64,000 nt of DNA from Candidatus Magasanikbacteria bacterium CG10_big_fil_rev_8_21_14_0_10_36_32 (GTDB lineage Bacteria; Patescibacteriota; Patescibacteriia; Magasanikbacterales; GWA2-37-8). Below the pieces are notes generated by a model that saw nothing but the letters and a program-made list of their open reading frames with translations, was not told where the DNA came from and did not search any database. Shown in pieces: positions 39,564 through 49,235 of the stretch. The stretch is from contig PFBV01000005.1 in assembly GCA_002778465.1 (NCBI GenBank), positions 7,534 through 71,533 on the forward strand. Direction: 5' to 3'. Each line of letters opens with the position of its first letter. The first letter of the stretch is position 1. The position numbers and the translations under genes were made by a program.

Positions 39564-40475
39564 ATGAATATACCGTTCATCAAATATTCAAAATTTTTTC
39601 TTAGTTTTAGCATTGTGGTAACCGTAGTAGCCTTGATGTCTTTATTTTTTTGGGGATTAAAACCAGGGATTGATTTTACCGGCGGTTCGTTAATGGAATT
39701 GAATTTTGCCAATAATCGTCCGGAAACATCAGAAGTACAACAGGTTTTAGGAGAAATGGATTATAGAAGTGTCACGATTCAAAAAACCGGCGAAAAGGGG
39801 TTGATTATTCGTACTGCTTTTTTAACGGAAGATAAACACCAAGAAGTCTTACAAAATATTAAGGATAGTTTCAATCAAGACGATAACATGGTGGTTGAAA
39901 GCAGTTTCCAGACCATTGGACCGTCGGTGAGTCAGCAATTGCGTCAGCGTTCTCTTTGGGCAATAATTTTGGTCAGTTTGGGTATTATTTTTTATATTGC
40001 TTATGCTTTTAGAAAAGTTTCTAAGCCGGTAGCCAGCTGGAAATATGGCGCGTTAGCCATAGTGGCTATGATTCATGATGTTTTGTTAGTCGTAGGTGTA
40101 TTTGCTTTTTTAGGCAAGTTTGCGGGAGTGGAAGTTGATGTTGCTTTTGTTGTAGCTATGTTGACAGTTATCGGTTATTCAATCAATGATACCATTGTTG
40201 TTTATGATCGCATTCGAGAAAATTTACTTCACCACACATCGTGGAGTTTTGCTGATTTGGTTAATTATGGTTTAAATCAAACCATGATGCGTTCAATTAA
40301 CACCACCCTAACCACTTTATTGCCATTGTTGGCTTTATATTTCTTCGGAGGTGCAACTATCCATAATTTTGTATTAGCGTTATTGATTGGTATCGCTAGT
40401 GGTGCTTATTCTTCCATATTTATTGCCAGCCCATTGTTAGTTTTGGTAGAAAAATGGCAAGCACGAAGAGCTTAA
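39564..40475 (+). CDS. secF: Protein translocase SecF
   Basis: GIDFTGG, GYSINDTIVVYDRIRE and GAYSSIFIA motifs. Confidence 0.95.
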   Translation: MNIPFIKYSKFFLSFSIVVTVVALMSLFFWGLKPGIDFTGGSLMELNFANNRPETSEVQQVLGEMDYRSVTIQKTGEKGLIIRTAFLTEDKHQEVLQNIKDSFNQDDNMVVESSFQTIGPSVSQQLRQRSLWAIILVSLGIIFYIAYAFRKVSKPVASWKYGALAIVAMIHDVLLVVGVFAFLGKFAGVEVDVAFVVAMLTVIGYSINDTIVVYDRIRENLLHHTSWSFADLVNYGLNQTMMRSINTTLTTLLPLLALYFFGGATIHNFVLALLIGIASGAYSSIFIASPLLVLVEKWQARRA

Positions 40476-40500
40476 TTTTTTGGCTAAAATAAAGTAAATT

Positions 40501-40536
40501 AACCCCGTATCAAATTTTGTGGTGATGCGGGGTTTT
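40501..40536 (+). terminator. Hairpin after secF
   Basis: AACCCCGTATCA...TGATGCGGGGTTTT. Confidence 0.65.
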
Positions 40537-40583
40537 AATATGTGTTATTTTGTGGTACAATATAATTGAATTTAATATATTTT

Positions 40584-40745
40584 ATGAGTGATAACGCGGT
40601 TAAACATTTGGTAGCTATGTTTGCCACCATAATTTGTGTGCTGGCTTATCTAGCCGGTTATTTTTCCGGTCAATTGGATTGGTGGTGGACAGTATTTTCC
40701 GTATTAATAATTTACGGCGGAATTTACCGTTTGATGAGTAAATAA
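40584..40745 (+). CDS. Small two-TM protein (53 aa, not in the ORF track)
   Basis: MSDNAVKHLVAMFATIICVLAYLAGYFSGQLDWWWTVFSVLIIYGGIYRLMSK; TGgTACAAT -10 upstream. Confidence 0.6.
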   Translation: MSDNAVKHLVAMFATIICVLAYLAGYFSGQLDWWWTVFSVLIIYGGIYRLMSK

Positions 40746-40759
40746 TTAAGCGTCAGAAT

Positions 40760-42142
40760 ATGCCGCCGATTATTTTTGACACACCTTTTGGTTTTAGTAT
40801 TGATCTGTCTTTTTGGCAGGATTTTTTCAGCATGTCCATTTCACAACAGTTGAAAGGTTTTTTTGTTTTTATTATTTGGTGGGCGGTAGCGTTAATATTA
40901 TTTAATTTTGCGTTACAAAAATGGGTGGCTTGCCGGCAAAAAAAATATGTCAGTGATTGGCAGTGGTCTGTTTTAGCGGTGGATGTACCAGCTTTGTATG
41001 TTCAATCACCAAAAGCAGTAGAACAAATTTTTGTTAATTTAAGCGGCGCGGCTTTTTCACCAAAATTATTTGATAAATATTGGACAGGTAAAATACCAAA
41101 ATGGTTTAGTTTTGAAATTATAAGTATTGAAGGTTATATTCAGTTTTTGGTTCGTACGGAATCGGAATTTCGTGATTTGGTTGAAGCGGCTATTTATGCC
41201 CAATATCCGGAAGCAGAAATTACTGAGGTAGAGGATTATGTTGGAAATATTCCAGATATGTTTCCAAATGAAACGCATGAAATTGCTGGTGCGGAATTCA
41301 CTTTGTTACAAAATGAAGCTTATCCGATTCGTACTTATCCGCATTTTGAATATAAAATCAGTAAAGATGTTGTTTTTAGTGATCCAATGGCGGCAATTTT
41401 GGAAAATTTTTCACGCATCGGTTCAGGAGAAAATTTTTGGATGCAATTGGTGGTTAAACCAGCGGATAACAGTTGGAAGAAAAATGGAATTGATTTAGTT
41501 AAAAAAATAATTTCCAACAAAAAAGAATCTAAAGCGCCGTCAATTGTTTCGGTGGTTGGAGGTTTGCCGGAAGTTGCATTGAAAACAGCTATTCAAATTT
41601 GGAATTGGGAATTTGAAACAGAAAAGAAGGAAGAAACTTCTGGTAAAGTTTCAGATTTAACGCCGGGAATGAAACAGGTAGTGGAAGCAATTGAAGAAAA
41701 AATTTCTAAACTTGGTTTTTATTCTCGTTTAAGAGTTTTGTATTCGGCAAAAAAAGAAGTTTTTAATCCACGCAAATGTTTGGCTGGTTTAGTAGGTTCT
41801 TTAAATCAGTTCTATATCGCTGATCGTAATGGTTTGGCGGCGCAAAAAGCCGGAGGTTCCGATTTGGTCTTATCTTTTAAACAAAGAAAATTAAAATTTT
41901 TTAAGAGCTCCAAGGTAAAAGCTGTGAATGAACCCTATGTTTTAAATATTGAAGAGTTGGCTACTTTGTGGCATTTTCCGTTACCTGACGTAAAAACACC
42001 TCTAGTACAAAAATCATCAGCTAAACGCGGTGAACCGCCGACAAATTTACCTGTGGATAGTCCTGATAGTTTACCAACCAAAGATGAAGGTATTACGGAT
42101 GATTTACCAGTTGTTCCACCAGAAGAATTGCCATATGCCTAA
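40760..42142 (+). CDS. Membrane protein homologous to the N-terminal region of the VirD4-like ATPase
   Basis: Shares FSFE, AQYPxAEITE and EExAxxWHxP motifs with 54997-57552. Confidence 0.75.
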   Translation: MPPIIFDTPFGFSIDLSFWQDFFSMSISQQLKGFFVFIIWWAVALILFNFALQKWVACRQKKYVSDWQWSVLAVDVPALYVQSPKAVEQIFVNLSGAAFSPKLFDKYWTGKIPKWFSFEIISIEGYIQFLVRTESEFRDLVEAAIYAQYPEAEITEVEDYVGNIPDMFPNETHEIAGAEFTLLQNEAYPIRTYPHFEYKISKDVVFSDPMAAILENFSRIGSGENFWMQLVVKPADNSWKKNGIDLVKKIISNKKESKAPSIVSVVGGLPEVALKTAIQIWNWEFETEKKEETSGKVSDLTPGMKQVVEAIEEKISKLGFYSRLRVLYSAKKEVFNPRKCLAGLVGSLNQFYIADRNGLAAQKAGGSDLVLSFKQRKLKFFKSSKVKAVNEPYVLNIEELATLWHFPLPDVKTPLVQKSSAKRGEPPTNLPVDSPDSLPTKDEGITDDLPVVPPEELPYA

Positions 42143-43097
42143 AAAATGGTTTGAATTTAAAAAACCGATTATTGCTTTAGCTCCAATGGCTGATTATACA
42201 GATCAGCCATTTTGTTTATTGTGTCGAAAAATTTCCGGCAACGACTTTGTTATTTTTAGGGAAATGGTAAGTGCTGAAGCGATTGTTCGTCAAAACAAAA
42301 AGACTTTGAAGATGTGTAAAATTAACAATAAAGAACGTCCGGTTGTCATACAAATTTTTGGTGCCAAATCGGAAACAATAGTTGAGGCGGCCAAAATTAT
42401 TGTTAAAAAATTTAAACCGGACGGAATTGATATAAATATGGGTTGTCCAGTAGCGAAAATTGCTGGTAAAAATATGGCCGGCGCATCGCTAATGAAAGAT
42501 ACGGTTAGAGCGGCGAAGATTGTTAAAGCGTTAAAAATTGCTAAATTAGGGGTGCCAATATCAGTTAAAACTCGTTTAGGTTGGAATGATAAAAAAGAAA
42601 TTTTAAAGTTTGCCCCAATATTAGAAACAGCTGGCGCGGATTTAATTTCTATTCATGGACGGACTAAATCACAAGGTTATTCTGGCGAGGTTGATTGGTC
42701 AATGATCGGACAAGCGGTTAAAATGGTTAAAATTCCAGTATTGGCGAATGGTAATATTCGTACTGTTGAAGATATAAAAAAATGTTTGGACATTACTAAA
42801 GCGGCCGGCGTAATGATAGGTCGTGGAGCAATGGGAAAACCATGGATATTCCGAGAAATTCAAAATTTAAAATCAAAAATTAAAAATAATAAAGAAGAAA
42901 TAAAAAAAATTGTTTTGCAACATGCTAAATTACATTTTGAACATTATGGCGAAAGAAGTATGGTTACTTTCCGCAAGCATTTGGCTTGGTATTTTAAAGG
43001 GGATCAAATTGTGGAATTAGAAAATTTAAAAGATTTAAGAATCAAATTAATGAAAATTAATTCTTTATCAGAATTAGAAGAATTGTTGAAATTTTAA
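42135..43097 (+). CDS. dusB: tRNA-dihydrouridine synthase
   Basis: LAPMA, DINMGCP, SIHGRT and GVMIGRGA motifs. Confidence 0.9.
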   Translation: MPKKWFEFKKPIIALAPMADYTDQPFCLLCRKISGNDFVIFREMVSAEAIVRQNKKTLKMCKINNKERPVVIQIFGAKSETIVEAAKIIVKKFKPDGIDINMGCPVAKIAGKNMAGASLMKDTVRAAKIVKALKIAKLGVPISVKTRLGWNDKKEILKFAPILETAGADLISIHGRTKSQGYSGEVDWSMIGQAVKMVKIPVLANGNIRTVEDIKKCLDITKAAGVMIGRGAMGKPWIFREIQNLKSKIKNNKEEIKKIVLQHAKLHFEHYGERSMVTFRKHLAWYFKGDQIVELENLKDLRIKLMKINSLSELEELLKF

Positions 43098-43781
43098 TTT
43101 CAACATTACGATAAAAAATTCAATAATATCTTTTTTATTAAGTTTGGATTGGTCGTGTTTTCGGTTTGGAAAGTTTACAGGCACTTCCACCACTTTATTT
43201 CCCGTGCGTTCCACTTTGAATAGAATTTCTTCTTGAAAAGCATAACCATTGCTTTTTATTTTTTTCAAATCAATTTTTTCTAAAGTTGATTTTTTAAAGC
43301 AACGAAATCCGGCGGTTACATCTTTTGTTTTTAAATTTAAAATTAGTCTGGCGAAAAACATTGCTCCGTTACTCATTAATTTTCTTTTCAAATTCCAACC
43401 CTCAATTTTTCCACCGGCGATTTTTCGCGAACCAATTGTTAAATCAGCACCATTAGCACAAGTTGTAATTAATAGCGGAATATCCTTTGGATTATGTGAC
43501 AAATCAGCATCCATCTCAATAATATAATCAGCATCCATCTCAAAAGCTTTTTGAAAACCAATTAAATAAGCTGAACCTATCCCGAGTTTTTTGGGGCGCT
43601 GAATTAGATGAATCGGATGTTTAATTTGCATTTTTTTTATTGTGTCAGCTGTACCATCTGGCGAATTGTCATCAATAAATAAGATTTCCAATCCAGAAAT
43701 ATTTAAAGAAAAAATTTGTTCAACCAGTGATTCAACATTATTTTTTTCATTATAAGTTGGGATAATAATAATTGTTTTCAT
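43074..43781 (-). CDS. Polyprenol-monophosphomannose synthase-like GT2 glycosyltransferase
   Basis: IPTYNE, DDNSPDGT, EMDADLSH and GYAFQEE motifs. Confidence 0.9.
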   Translation of the reverse strand: MKTIIIIPTYNEKNNVESLVEQIFSLNISGLEILFIDDNSPDGTADTIKKMQIKHPIHLIQRPKKLGIGSAYLIGFQKAFEMDADYIIEMDADLSHNPKDIPLLITTCANGADLTIGSRKIAGGKIEGWNLKRKLMSNGAMFFARLILNLKTKDVTAGFRCFKKSTLEKIDLKKIKSNGYAFQEEILFKVERTGNKVVEVPVNFPNRKHDQSKLNKKDIIEFFIVMLKLKFQQFF

Positions 43782-43895
43782 AAGACTAATTAGATGCCGT
43801 TAATTCAAGACTTTTTAGTGTTGGGTTAATTATATATGAAAGATAATATATGGACAAGTTGTTCGGCGATTATTTTTTTTATTAACTAAGTCAGA

Positions 43896-43990
43896 TTGAC
43901 ATTGTTGATATAATGTGCTAATTTAATTTTATACTTTGTTCTTTAACAATTAACCAATCTCAACAAGATCGGAACAACGCAAGAGAGGTG
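43896..43990 (+). promoter_or_regulatory. Promoter + boxA-like motif + SD
   Basis: TTGACA-17-(TGc)TAATTT; GTTCTTTAACAA at 43938-43949; GAGGTG. Confidence 0.75.
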
Positions 43991-43994
43991 GAGA

Positions 43995-45971
43995 ATGTGC
44001 GAAAAAATGAAGCGATTTTGGTTGTCAATCAGTGTGATTATTGTGATTTTGATGTTTGTGAGTTGTGGTACTGTGACAGCTTTTGTTCCGCCGGATATCA
44101 GTTTGTCGGTTCTTGATTCTGACATGTTTGACAATGGTGTCATAAATCCACCGTCATCAAAAGTTCCCAGCAGCGTAGCGGTTCCCTTTGAGGCTTTGGA
44201 AACCGAACAGTTACTCAAAAATTTGGTTATTCCCGCCTGTAATTATCGTGATATCACTCTTCGTTTGGCTGATCCGGGAGTTGAAATTCCAGAAGTGGTA
44301 AACACAAACCCGCCAAATTATAAAATTGATGATGAACGACAGTTTTGGGTGTCTAATGTTGACACTGGAAAGTATTACAGTATTATCGCCAAGTTGGTGT
44401 ATAAGACTGAGCATGCTTATATTTGGTTGGAAAAAGGAGCCAAAACTCAATTGGTAAGTCTGAAAAAGGCGGCTGATTTATGGGATAAAAAGTATTATCC
44501 CACAGATCGTGAGTTTTTCGGCAGTGAATGGTCGCCCGGCGTGGATAATGATGCCCGTATTAATTGGCTTATCTCAGATAAAATGGGTGAACATGCGGCT
44601 GGTTATTACAGTAGCATGGATGAATATAGTAAATTAGTTAACAAATATTCCAATGAAATGGAAATGTTCTATCTCAGTTCTGAAAATAATCCGGCCGCTG
44701 TTCCGTATTTTAATGGAGTATTGGCGCATGAGTTTGCTCACATGATTCAATGGTATCACCATTCCAATCAAGCAAATTGGATTGATGAGGGTTTGGCCGA
44801 GTTAGCTGTTCAAATTAATGGTTTAGATCCTGGTTTGAAGCGAATTCGGTTTGCATATAATCCGGACATTCAGCTAAATTCTTGGCCTGAATTGGATAGT
44901 GCTACCGCTTATTATGGTGCCGCCTATATGTTTATGTCTTATTATTTGGATCGTTTTGGAAAAATTGCTACTCAAGCGTTGATTAGTAGCACATCATACA
45001 GTACAGCAGCAATAGACGAAGCTTTGAAAGATAAAAACATTACTTTCAATCAGGTGTTTGCTGATTGGACAATCGCTAATTATATTAATAATTCGAATAT
45101 TGGTAATGGTGAGTACGCTTATCGTACCATTCAACCAACTCGTTTTAAAGCTTGTCAGAAGATTCAGCCAAGTGATTATCCGATAGATATTACTGATAGT
45201 GTTGCTCAATACGGAACTGATTATATTGAAATTTCAGGACATACTGATTTGGAAGTAAAATTTACTGGTGATTCAACTGTTGGTTTGACTGCAGTTACCG
45301 CTCACAGTGGAAAATATATGTGGTGGGGTGGTTCAAATAATGCCAGCGACGCAACCTTGACACGGACATTTGATTTGTCCGGCGCTGAAAAGGCAACATT
45401 GACTTTTTGGACATCGCATGATATTGAAGAAGGATACGATTATGTTTTTGTAGAAGCTTCCGTTGATGGTAAACATTGGACAACTTTACAGGGTACTAAC
45501 ACTGTAATTGATAATCCTAACGGAGCTAATTACGGTTTTGGTTATACTGGTACAAATAATGGTTGGGTTCAAGAAAAAATTAATCTAAGCCAATATGCCG
45601 GAAATAAAGTTCAAATTCGTTTTGAATATATTACTGATGCAGGATTAACCAAGTCTGGTTTTTTCTTGGATGATATTGCAATTCCTGAAATTGGTTATAT
45701 GTCTAATGTAGAGAAGAATAATGGTGGTTGGACAGCGAGAGGATTTGTCCGTAACGCCAATATTTTGCCACAATACTGGTCAATTCAACTTATTACTGTT
45801 GGTTTGACTACTACGGTTGAGAAATTGCCAGTAACCCAAAATGCTACAGGAAATTGGACTGTTCATTTTAAAAAGGATGATACGCGTTATACTGTGTTGG
45901 TAATCAGCGGTTTGACACCGATCACATTGGAACGACCAAGTTATAAGTTGGTTGTTAATATTAAAAAGTAA
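43995..45971 (+). CDS. Secreted zinc metallopeptidase (immune inhibitor A/M30-like), possible lipoprotein
   Basis: LAHEFAHMIQ...WIDEGLAE active site; C-terminal InhA-like beta domain (DIEEGYDYVFVEAS); FVSC lipobox-like signal. Confidence 0.82.
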   Translation: MCEKMKRFWLSISVIIVILMFVSCGTVTAFVPPDISLSVLDSDMFDNGVINPPSSKVPSSVAVPFEALETEQLLKNLVIPACNYRDITLRLADPGVEIPEVVNTNPPNYKIDDERQFWVSNVDTGKYYSIIAKLVYKTEHAYIWLEKGAKTQLVSLKKAADLWDKKYYPTDREFFGSEWSPGVDNDARINWLISDKMGEHAAGYYSSMDEYSKLVNKYSNEMEMFYLSSENNPAAVPYFNGVLAHEFAHMIQWYHHSNQANWIDEGLAELAVQINGLDPGLKRIRFAYNPDIQLNSWPELDSATAYYGAAYMFMSYYLDRFGKIATQALISSTSYSTAAIDEALKDKNITFNQVFADWTIANYINNSNIGNGEYAYRTIQPTRFKACQKIQPSDYPIDITDSVAQYGTDYIEISGHTDLEVKFTGDSTVGLTAVTAHSGKYMWWGGSNNASDATLTRTFDLSGAEKATLTFWTSHDIEEGYDYVFVEASVDGKHWTTLQGTNTVIDNPNGANYGFGYTGTNNGWVQEKINLSQYAGNKVQIRFEYITDAGLTKSGFFLDDIAIPEIGYMSNVEKNNGGWTARGFVRNANILPQYWSIQLITVGLTTTVEKLPVTQNATGNWTVHFKKDDTRYTVLVISGLTPITLERPSYKLVVNIKK

Positions 45972-45976
45972 TTTTT

Positions 45977-46110
45977 GTTCTTTGATAGCCCCACAATATG
46001 TGGGGCTTTTTATTTTTACATTGACAAATACTTAAAAAGGTGATATAGTACTATGTTCTTTACAATAAAACTCTAGTTGGGTAAAAACCAACTACGCCAA
46101 AGGAGGCGTA
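45977..46110 (+). promoter_or_regulatory. Box + terminator, then promoter + box + SD of the next gene
   Basis: GTTCTTTGATA; AGCCCCACA/TGTGGGGCT-T-run; TTGACA-17-(TGa)TATAGT; GTTCTTTACAA at 46055; AGGAGG. Confidence 0.8.
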
Positions 46111-46112
46111 AA

Positions 46113-47015
46113 ATGGACGAATTTTTGGAAATGAGAACACACCAGAGAAAAGATTGGTTAATTAAGTTAGCAGTTGTAATTATATTATCTGGTTGTCTCG
46201 TAGTGTTTTGTTGTTGGGTTTTTCCTCAGATGAGCTTGTCACCAAGCGTAACTAAGGCATTTATACCTGAAACACTGCCGCCGGCACAGTCTGATCCGAT
46301 GGATAGGTTGGAAAATGATTTGCTCTCTGCTTCGTTCGTTGTGTATGGTTTTTCAAAAGATGGAGAACACAAAAACATTCAATGTTCGGCTACAGTTTTT
46401 GAAAAAGAAGGCAATATTTATCGTTTAATAACTTCTGCTCATTGTTTGGTTGAAGATGAACAATACGATGGTATTGTTAGAGTGTTGCCTTATAATATTT
46501 TCATCGCCCATAACAGTTTGGACAGTCTAATTTTTTCTGCTCGACTGGTTGCTATTGGTTTTCAAGGTCGCTATGATGATTTTGCTGTATTGCAAGCGGA
46601 AATTGTAGACGATACGATTCCTGCTATTCCATTAGCCAAAAGTGACCCGGTGATAGGCGAAGAAGTGGTGAATGTTTCTTTTCCGTCTCTTGTTGGTCGG
46701 CAGTTGGTTAGAGGAATAACAATGATTGAACAAGTAGAAATAAGTTCGGGTGAGATGAAGGGGGATAAAGTTACTGTTTTTGATTTAACTTCTGGTTCTG
46801 GTTCGTCCGGTTCGGCCATTGTTAGTCGAGAACAAAAAGCCATTGTTGGTGTTTTGACTGGTGGTTATTCACAAGAAGGCCAGTTGTTAAATGAAACAAC
46901 TGTAGGTTTGCCGGTTAGCAAGTTTCGTATTTTTTGGGAAGCGGTTAAGGCCGATGAATACCCGTGGTACCAGTCATCCGAAGAGTCGGTTGGTAGTGGA
47001 GACTTTTTATATTAA
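46113..47015 (+). CDS. Trypsin-like (S1) serine peptidase paralog 1, membrane-anchored
   Basis: TSAHC, DDFAVL and GSGSSGSA triad motifs; start follows AGGAGG. Confidence 0.85.
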   Translation: MDEFLEMRTHQRKDWLIKLAVVIILSGCLVVFCCWVFPQMSLSPSVTKAFIPETLPPAQSDPMDRLENDLLSASFVVYGFSKDGEHKNIQCSATVFEKEGNIYRLITSAHCLVEDEQYDGIVRVLPYNIFIAHNSLDSLIFSARLVAIGFQGRYDDFAVLQAEIVDDTIPAIPLAKSDPVIGEEVVNVSFPSLVGRQLVRGITMIEQVEISSGEMKGDKVTVFDLTSGSGSSGSAIVSREQKAIVGVLTGGYSQEGQLLNETTVGLPVSKFRIFWEAVKADEYPWYQSSEESVGSGDFLY

Positions 47016-47040
47016 GGATTAGAGTTTTATTTTATTTTTT

Positions 47041-47238
47041 ACCCCGCCTGTTAAGGTGGGGTTTTAATTTATTATGGTCTATAATTTATTGTTATTTTAG
47101 CCAAAAAAATGATGCATCAAAAATAAATAAAAACACTTGACAGTTTTTTTGTTGTTTGTTACATTACATTTGGTTCTTTTAAAAATTAACTTTTGGTAAA
47201 AACATTTTTAAACAAGTGACTTAACCCACGAGGAGGGT
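47041..47238 (+). promoter_or_regulatory. Terminator, then promoter + box + SD
   Basis: ACCCCGCCT/AGGTGGGGT-T-run; TTGACA(47137)-17-(TGt)TACATT; GTTCTTTTAAAA at 47173; GAGGAGG. Confidence 0.75.
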
Positions 47239-47241
47239 GAA

Positions 47242-48162
47242 ATGGAAAAGAAGATGTTTGGTTTCGTTATGTTTATTATGGCATTCGTTTGCGCAATGAT
47301 GCTCAGCGGGTGTGGAGCAGTCAGTTTCTATAGCGGTTCCAATACCGTGATCAATGCCAGTGGCAATAGCCATTCCGTCAGTGTCCTAGAGAAGGATATG
47401 GAATCGGCCGTGGCTCTGCTTTACGCCAAGAAGGATGACGGGCAGCTGCGCATGTTCTGTACAGCAACCGCTTTTGAGCGTTCGGGTAAGACTTACCGTT
47501 TTGTTACCGCCGCACATTGTGTCGCCGAAGATATCAACGGCATGGTGGAACTGGTACCGTACCAGTGGTTTATCAGTTTCGACGAACCGGGCGTCAAGAC
47601 ATTTTATCCTGCCAAACTGCTCGGCGTTGGTTATCAGAGTCGCGGTGATGATTTCGCCGTACTGGAAACCACCCTGGATCGCCAGATTCCGGTTATTCCG
47701 ATGTCAGCTACCGATGCCGAACTCGGTGAACAGGTAAGTAATGTCGCTTCGCCGCTCGGTTTGGGCAAGCAGCTCTTCCGCGGACATGTGACCACTGTTT
47801 ATATGGACAGGCCTGTTGTAGGTGCCGGTCTTAATTGGACAGGTGCAACATTGCTTCAAATCAGTTGCGGACCCGGATCTTCCGGTTCGTCTGTAGTAAG
47901 TCAGAACAGACACACTATTGTTTCTATTCTGGTCGGTATGATTTACCGAGGTCCGGCGGTGTTCATTGTTTCCATTCCGGTAACAAAGTTCAACCGTTTT
48001 TGGAGAGATATTCAAACCAATAAGTACCCTTGGTACGCGCCTGCCTTCAATGCCAACGGAATTCCCGTTTCTACAAGCAGCAGCCAGCGAGATCTTTCGA
48101 ACTTTATGAATCGGATTGATCGTGGTCTGTCGGTTGTTTTGGAACCGGAACCCACTAAGTAA
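47242..48162 (+). CDS. Trypsin-like peptidase paralog 2, lipoprotein
   Basis: LSGC lipobox; TAAHC, DDFAVL, GPGSSGSS. Confidence 0.87.
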   Translation: MEKKMFGFVMFIMAFVCAMMLSGCGAVSFYSGSNTVINASGNSHSVSVLEKDMESAVALLYAKKDDGQLRMFCTATAFERSGKTYRFVTAAHCVAEDINGMVELVPYQWFISFDEPGVKTFYPAKLLGVGYQSRGDDFAVLETTLDRQIPVIPMSATDAELGEQVSNVASPLGLGKQLFRGHVTTVYMDRPVVGAGLNWTGATLLQISCGPGSSGSSVVSQNRHTIVSILVGMIYRGPAVFIVSIPVTKFNRFWRDIQTNKYPWYAPAFNANGIPVSTSSSQRDLSNFMNRIDRGLSVVLEPEPTK

Positions 48163-48173
48163 ACCTACCAAAA

Positions 48174-48323
48174 GCTCTTTAACACTCCTAACCCCCAATG
48201 AAATTTGGGGGTTTTTTATGTTATTATGTTTGACATTTTTTTGTAAAAATGCTTTAATAGCTCAAGTTCCTTACAACAAAACAATATTGTCCTCTGCCAA
48301 ATGGAAAATGGGGACGAAGGAGG
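48174..48323 (+). promoter_or_regulatory. Box + terminator, then promoter + box + SD
   Basis: GCTCTTTAACA at 48174; AACCCCCAA/TTGGGGGTT-T-run; TTGACA(48230)-17-(TGc)TTTAAT; GTTCCTTACAA at 48266; AGGAGG. Confidence 0.8.
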
Positions 48324-48327
48324 AGTG

Positions 48328-49092
48328 ATGAGACAAAATTGTATATGGTTGGTTATTTTGGTAGCGATTATGTTTTCAATGTTGACGACCAGTGTTTCGT
48401 CCGATGAAATATCGGATCAACAGCTGGAAAGAGATCTTCAGAAAGCTACTGCCACGGTGTATATTAATACTGATGAAGGAGATATGGAACCAATATGTTC
48501 AGCTGTGGCGTTCAAGCGCGGAGCTGATAATACTTATTATTTTATCACTTCATCTGATTGTCTCGGTGATGACCTGGTTGTGAGTTTATTTGGAGATGTT
48601 ATTACTGAGATGGATTTTTATCTTGCTTTCAATCAAGCCGGCAAGGTAAAAATGTTTCCGGCGAAGATTACTCAAGTTATTCGTAGTCAGCAATTGTATG
48701 GTGGGGGAGTTGTAATTTTTCAGTCAGTTCTTTATTGGAATATTCCGGTTATTCCACTGGCGACTGATTCAATGAAAGCCGGTGAAAAAATAATTAATTA
48801 CTCCCTGATCAGTAATCCGGATCAGCCCATATTTAATGGTTGGGTGACCAGAATGAAGGTTTCAAAACCGTTAGTGGTCAATGGAATAGAAAATTTCAAC
48901 GCCATTGTACTTTGTGTGAATCAGAATATAGACAATAAATTGGCTGTATCTGATCCGATAATTGTTAGTCGTGATCAAAGAGTCATTGTAGCTATTTTTG
49001 TTGGCACGGCTAATTATTTTGGGGTGAAAAAGCCGGCCGCTGTTCCTATCAATAAAATTATTACATCCGCACCCACAGAAGACAAACAGTAG
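48328..49092 (+). CDS. Trypsin-like paralog 3, catalytic triad lost
   Basis: Same scaffold (LERDL, CSAVAFKR, IPVIPLA, IIVSRDQRVIV), but TSSDC, GGGVVIF and AVSDP replace the His/Asp/Ser motifs. Confidence 0.75.
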   Translation: MRQNCIWLVILVAIMFSMLTTSVSSDEISDQQLERDLQKATATVYINTDEGDMEPICSAVAFKRGADNTYYFITSSDCLGDDLVVSLFGDVITEMDFYLAFNQAGKVKMFPAKITQVIRSQQLYGGGVVIFQSVLYWNIPVIPLATDSMKAGEKIINYSLISNPDQPIFNGWVTRMKVSKPLVVNGIENFNAIVLCVNQNIDNKLAVSDPIIVSRDQRVIVAIFVGTANYFGVKKPAAVPINKIITSAPTEDKQ

Positions 49093-49099
49093 ATTTTTT

Positions 49100-49230
49100 G
49101 TTCATTTTAACCCCCGACATTGTTCGGGGGTTTTATTTTTTCCTCATAACTTGACTGTTTATTCAACCGTATGTTAATGTAATTATACAGGTTCTTTAAC
49201 AAACAAAATAACCAATTGCCTTAGGGAGGC
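49100..49230 (+). promoter_or_regulatory. Box + terminator, then promoter + box + SD
   Basis: GTTCATTTTAA; AACCCCCGA/TCGGGGGTT-T-run; TTGACT(49151)...TGtTAATGT; GTTCTTTAACAA at 49191; AGGGAGG. Confidence 0.8.
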
Positions 49231-49235
49231 TTCAA

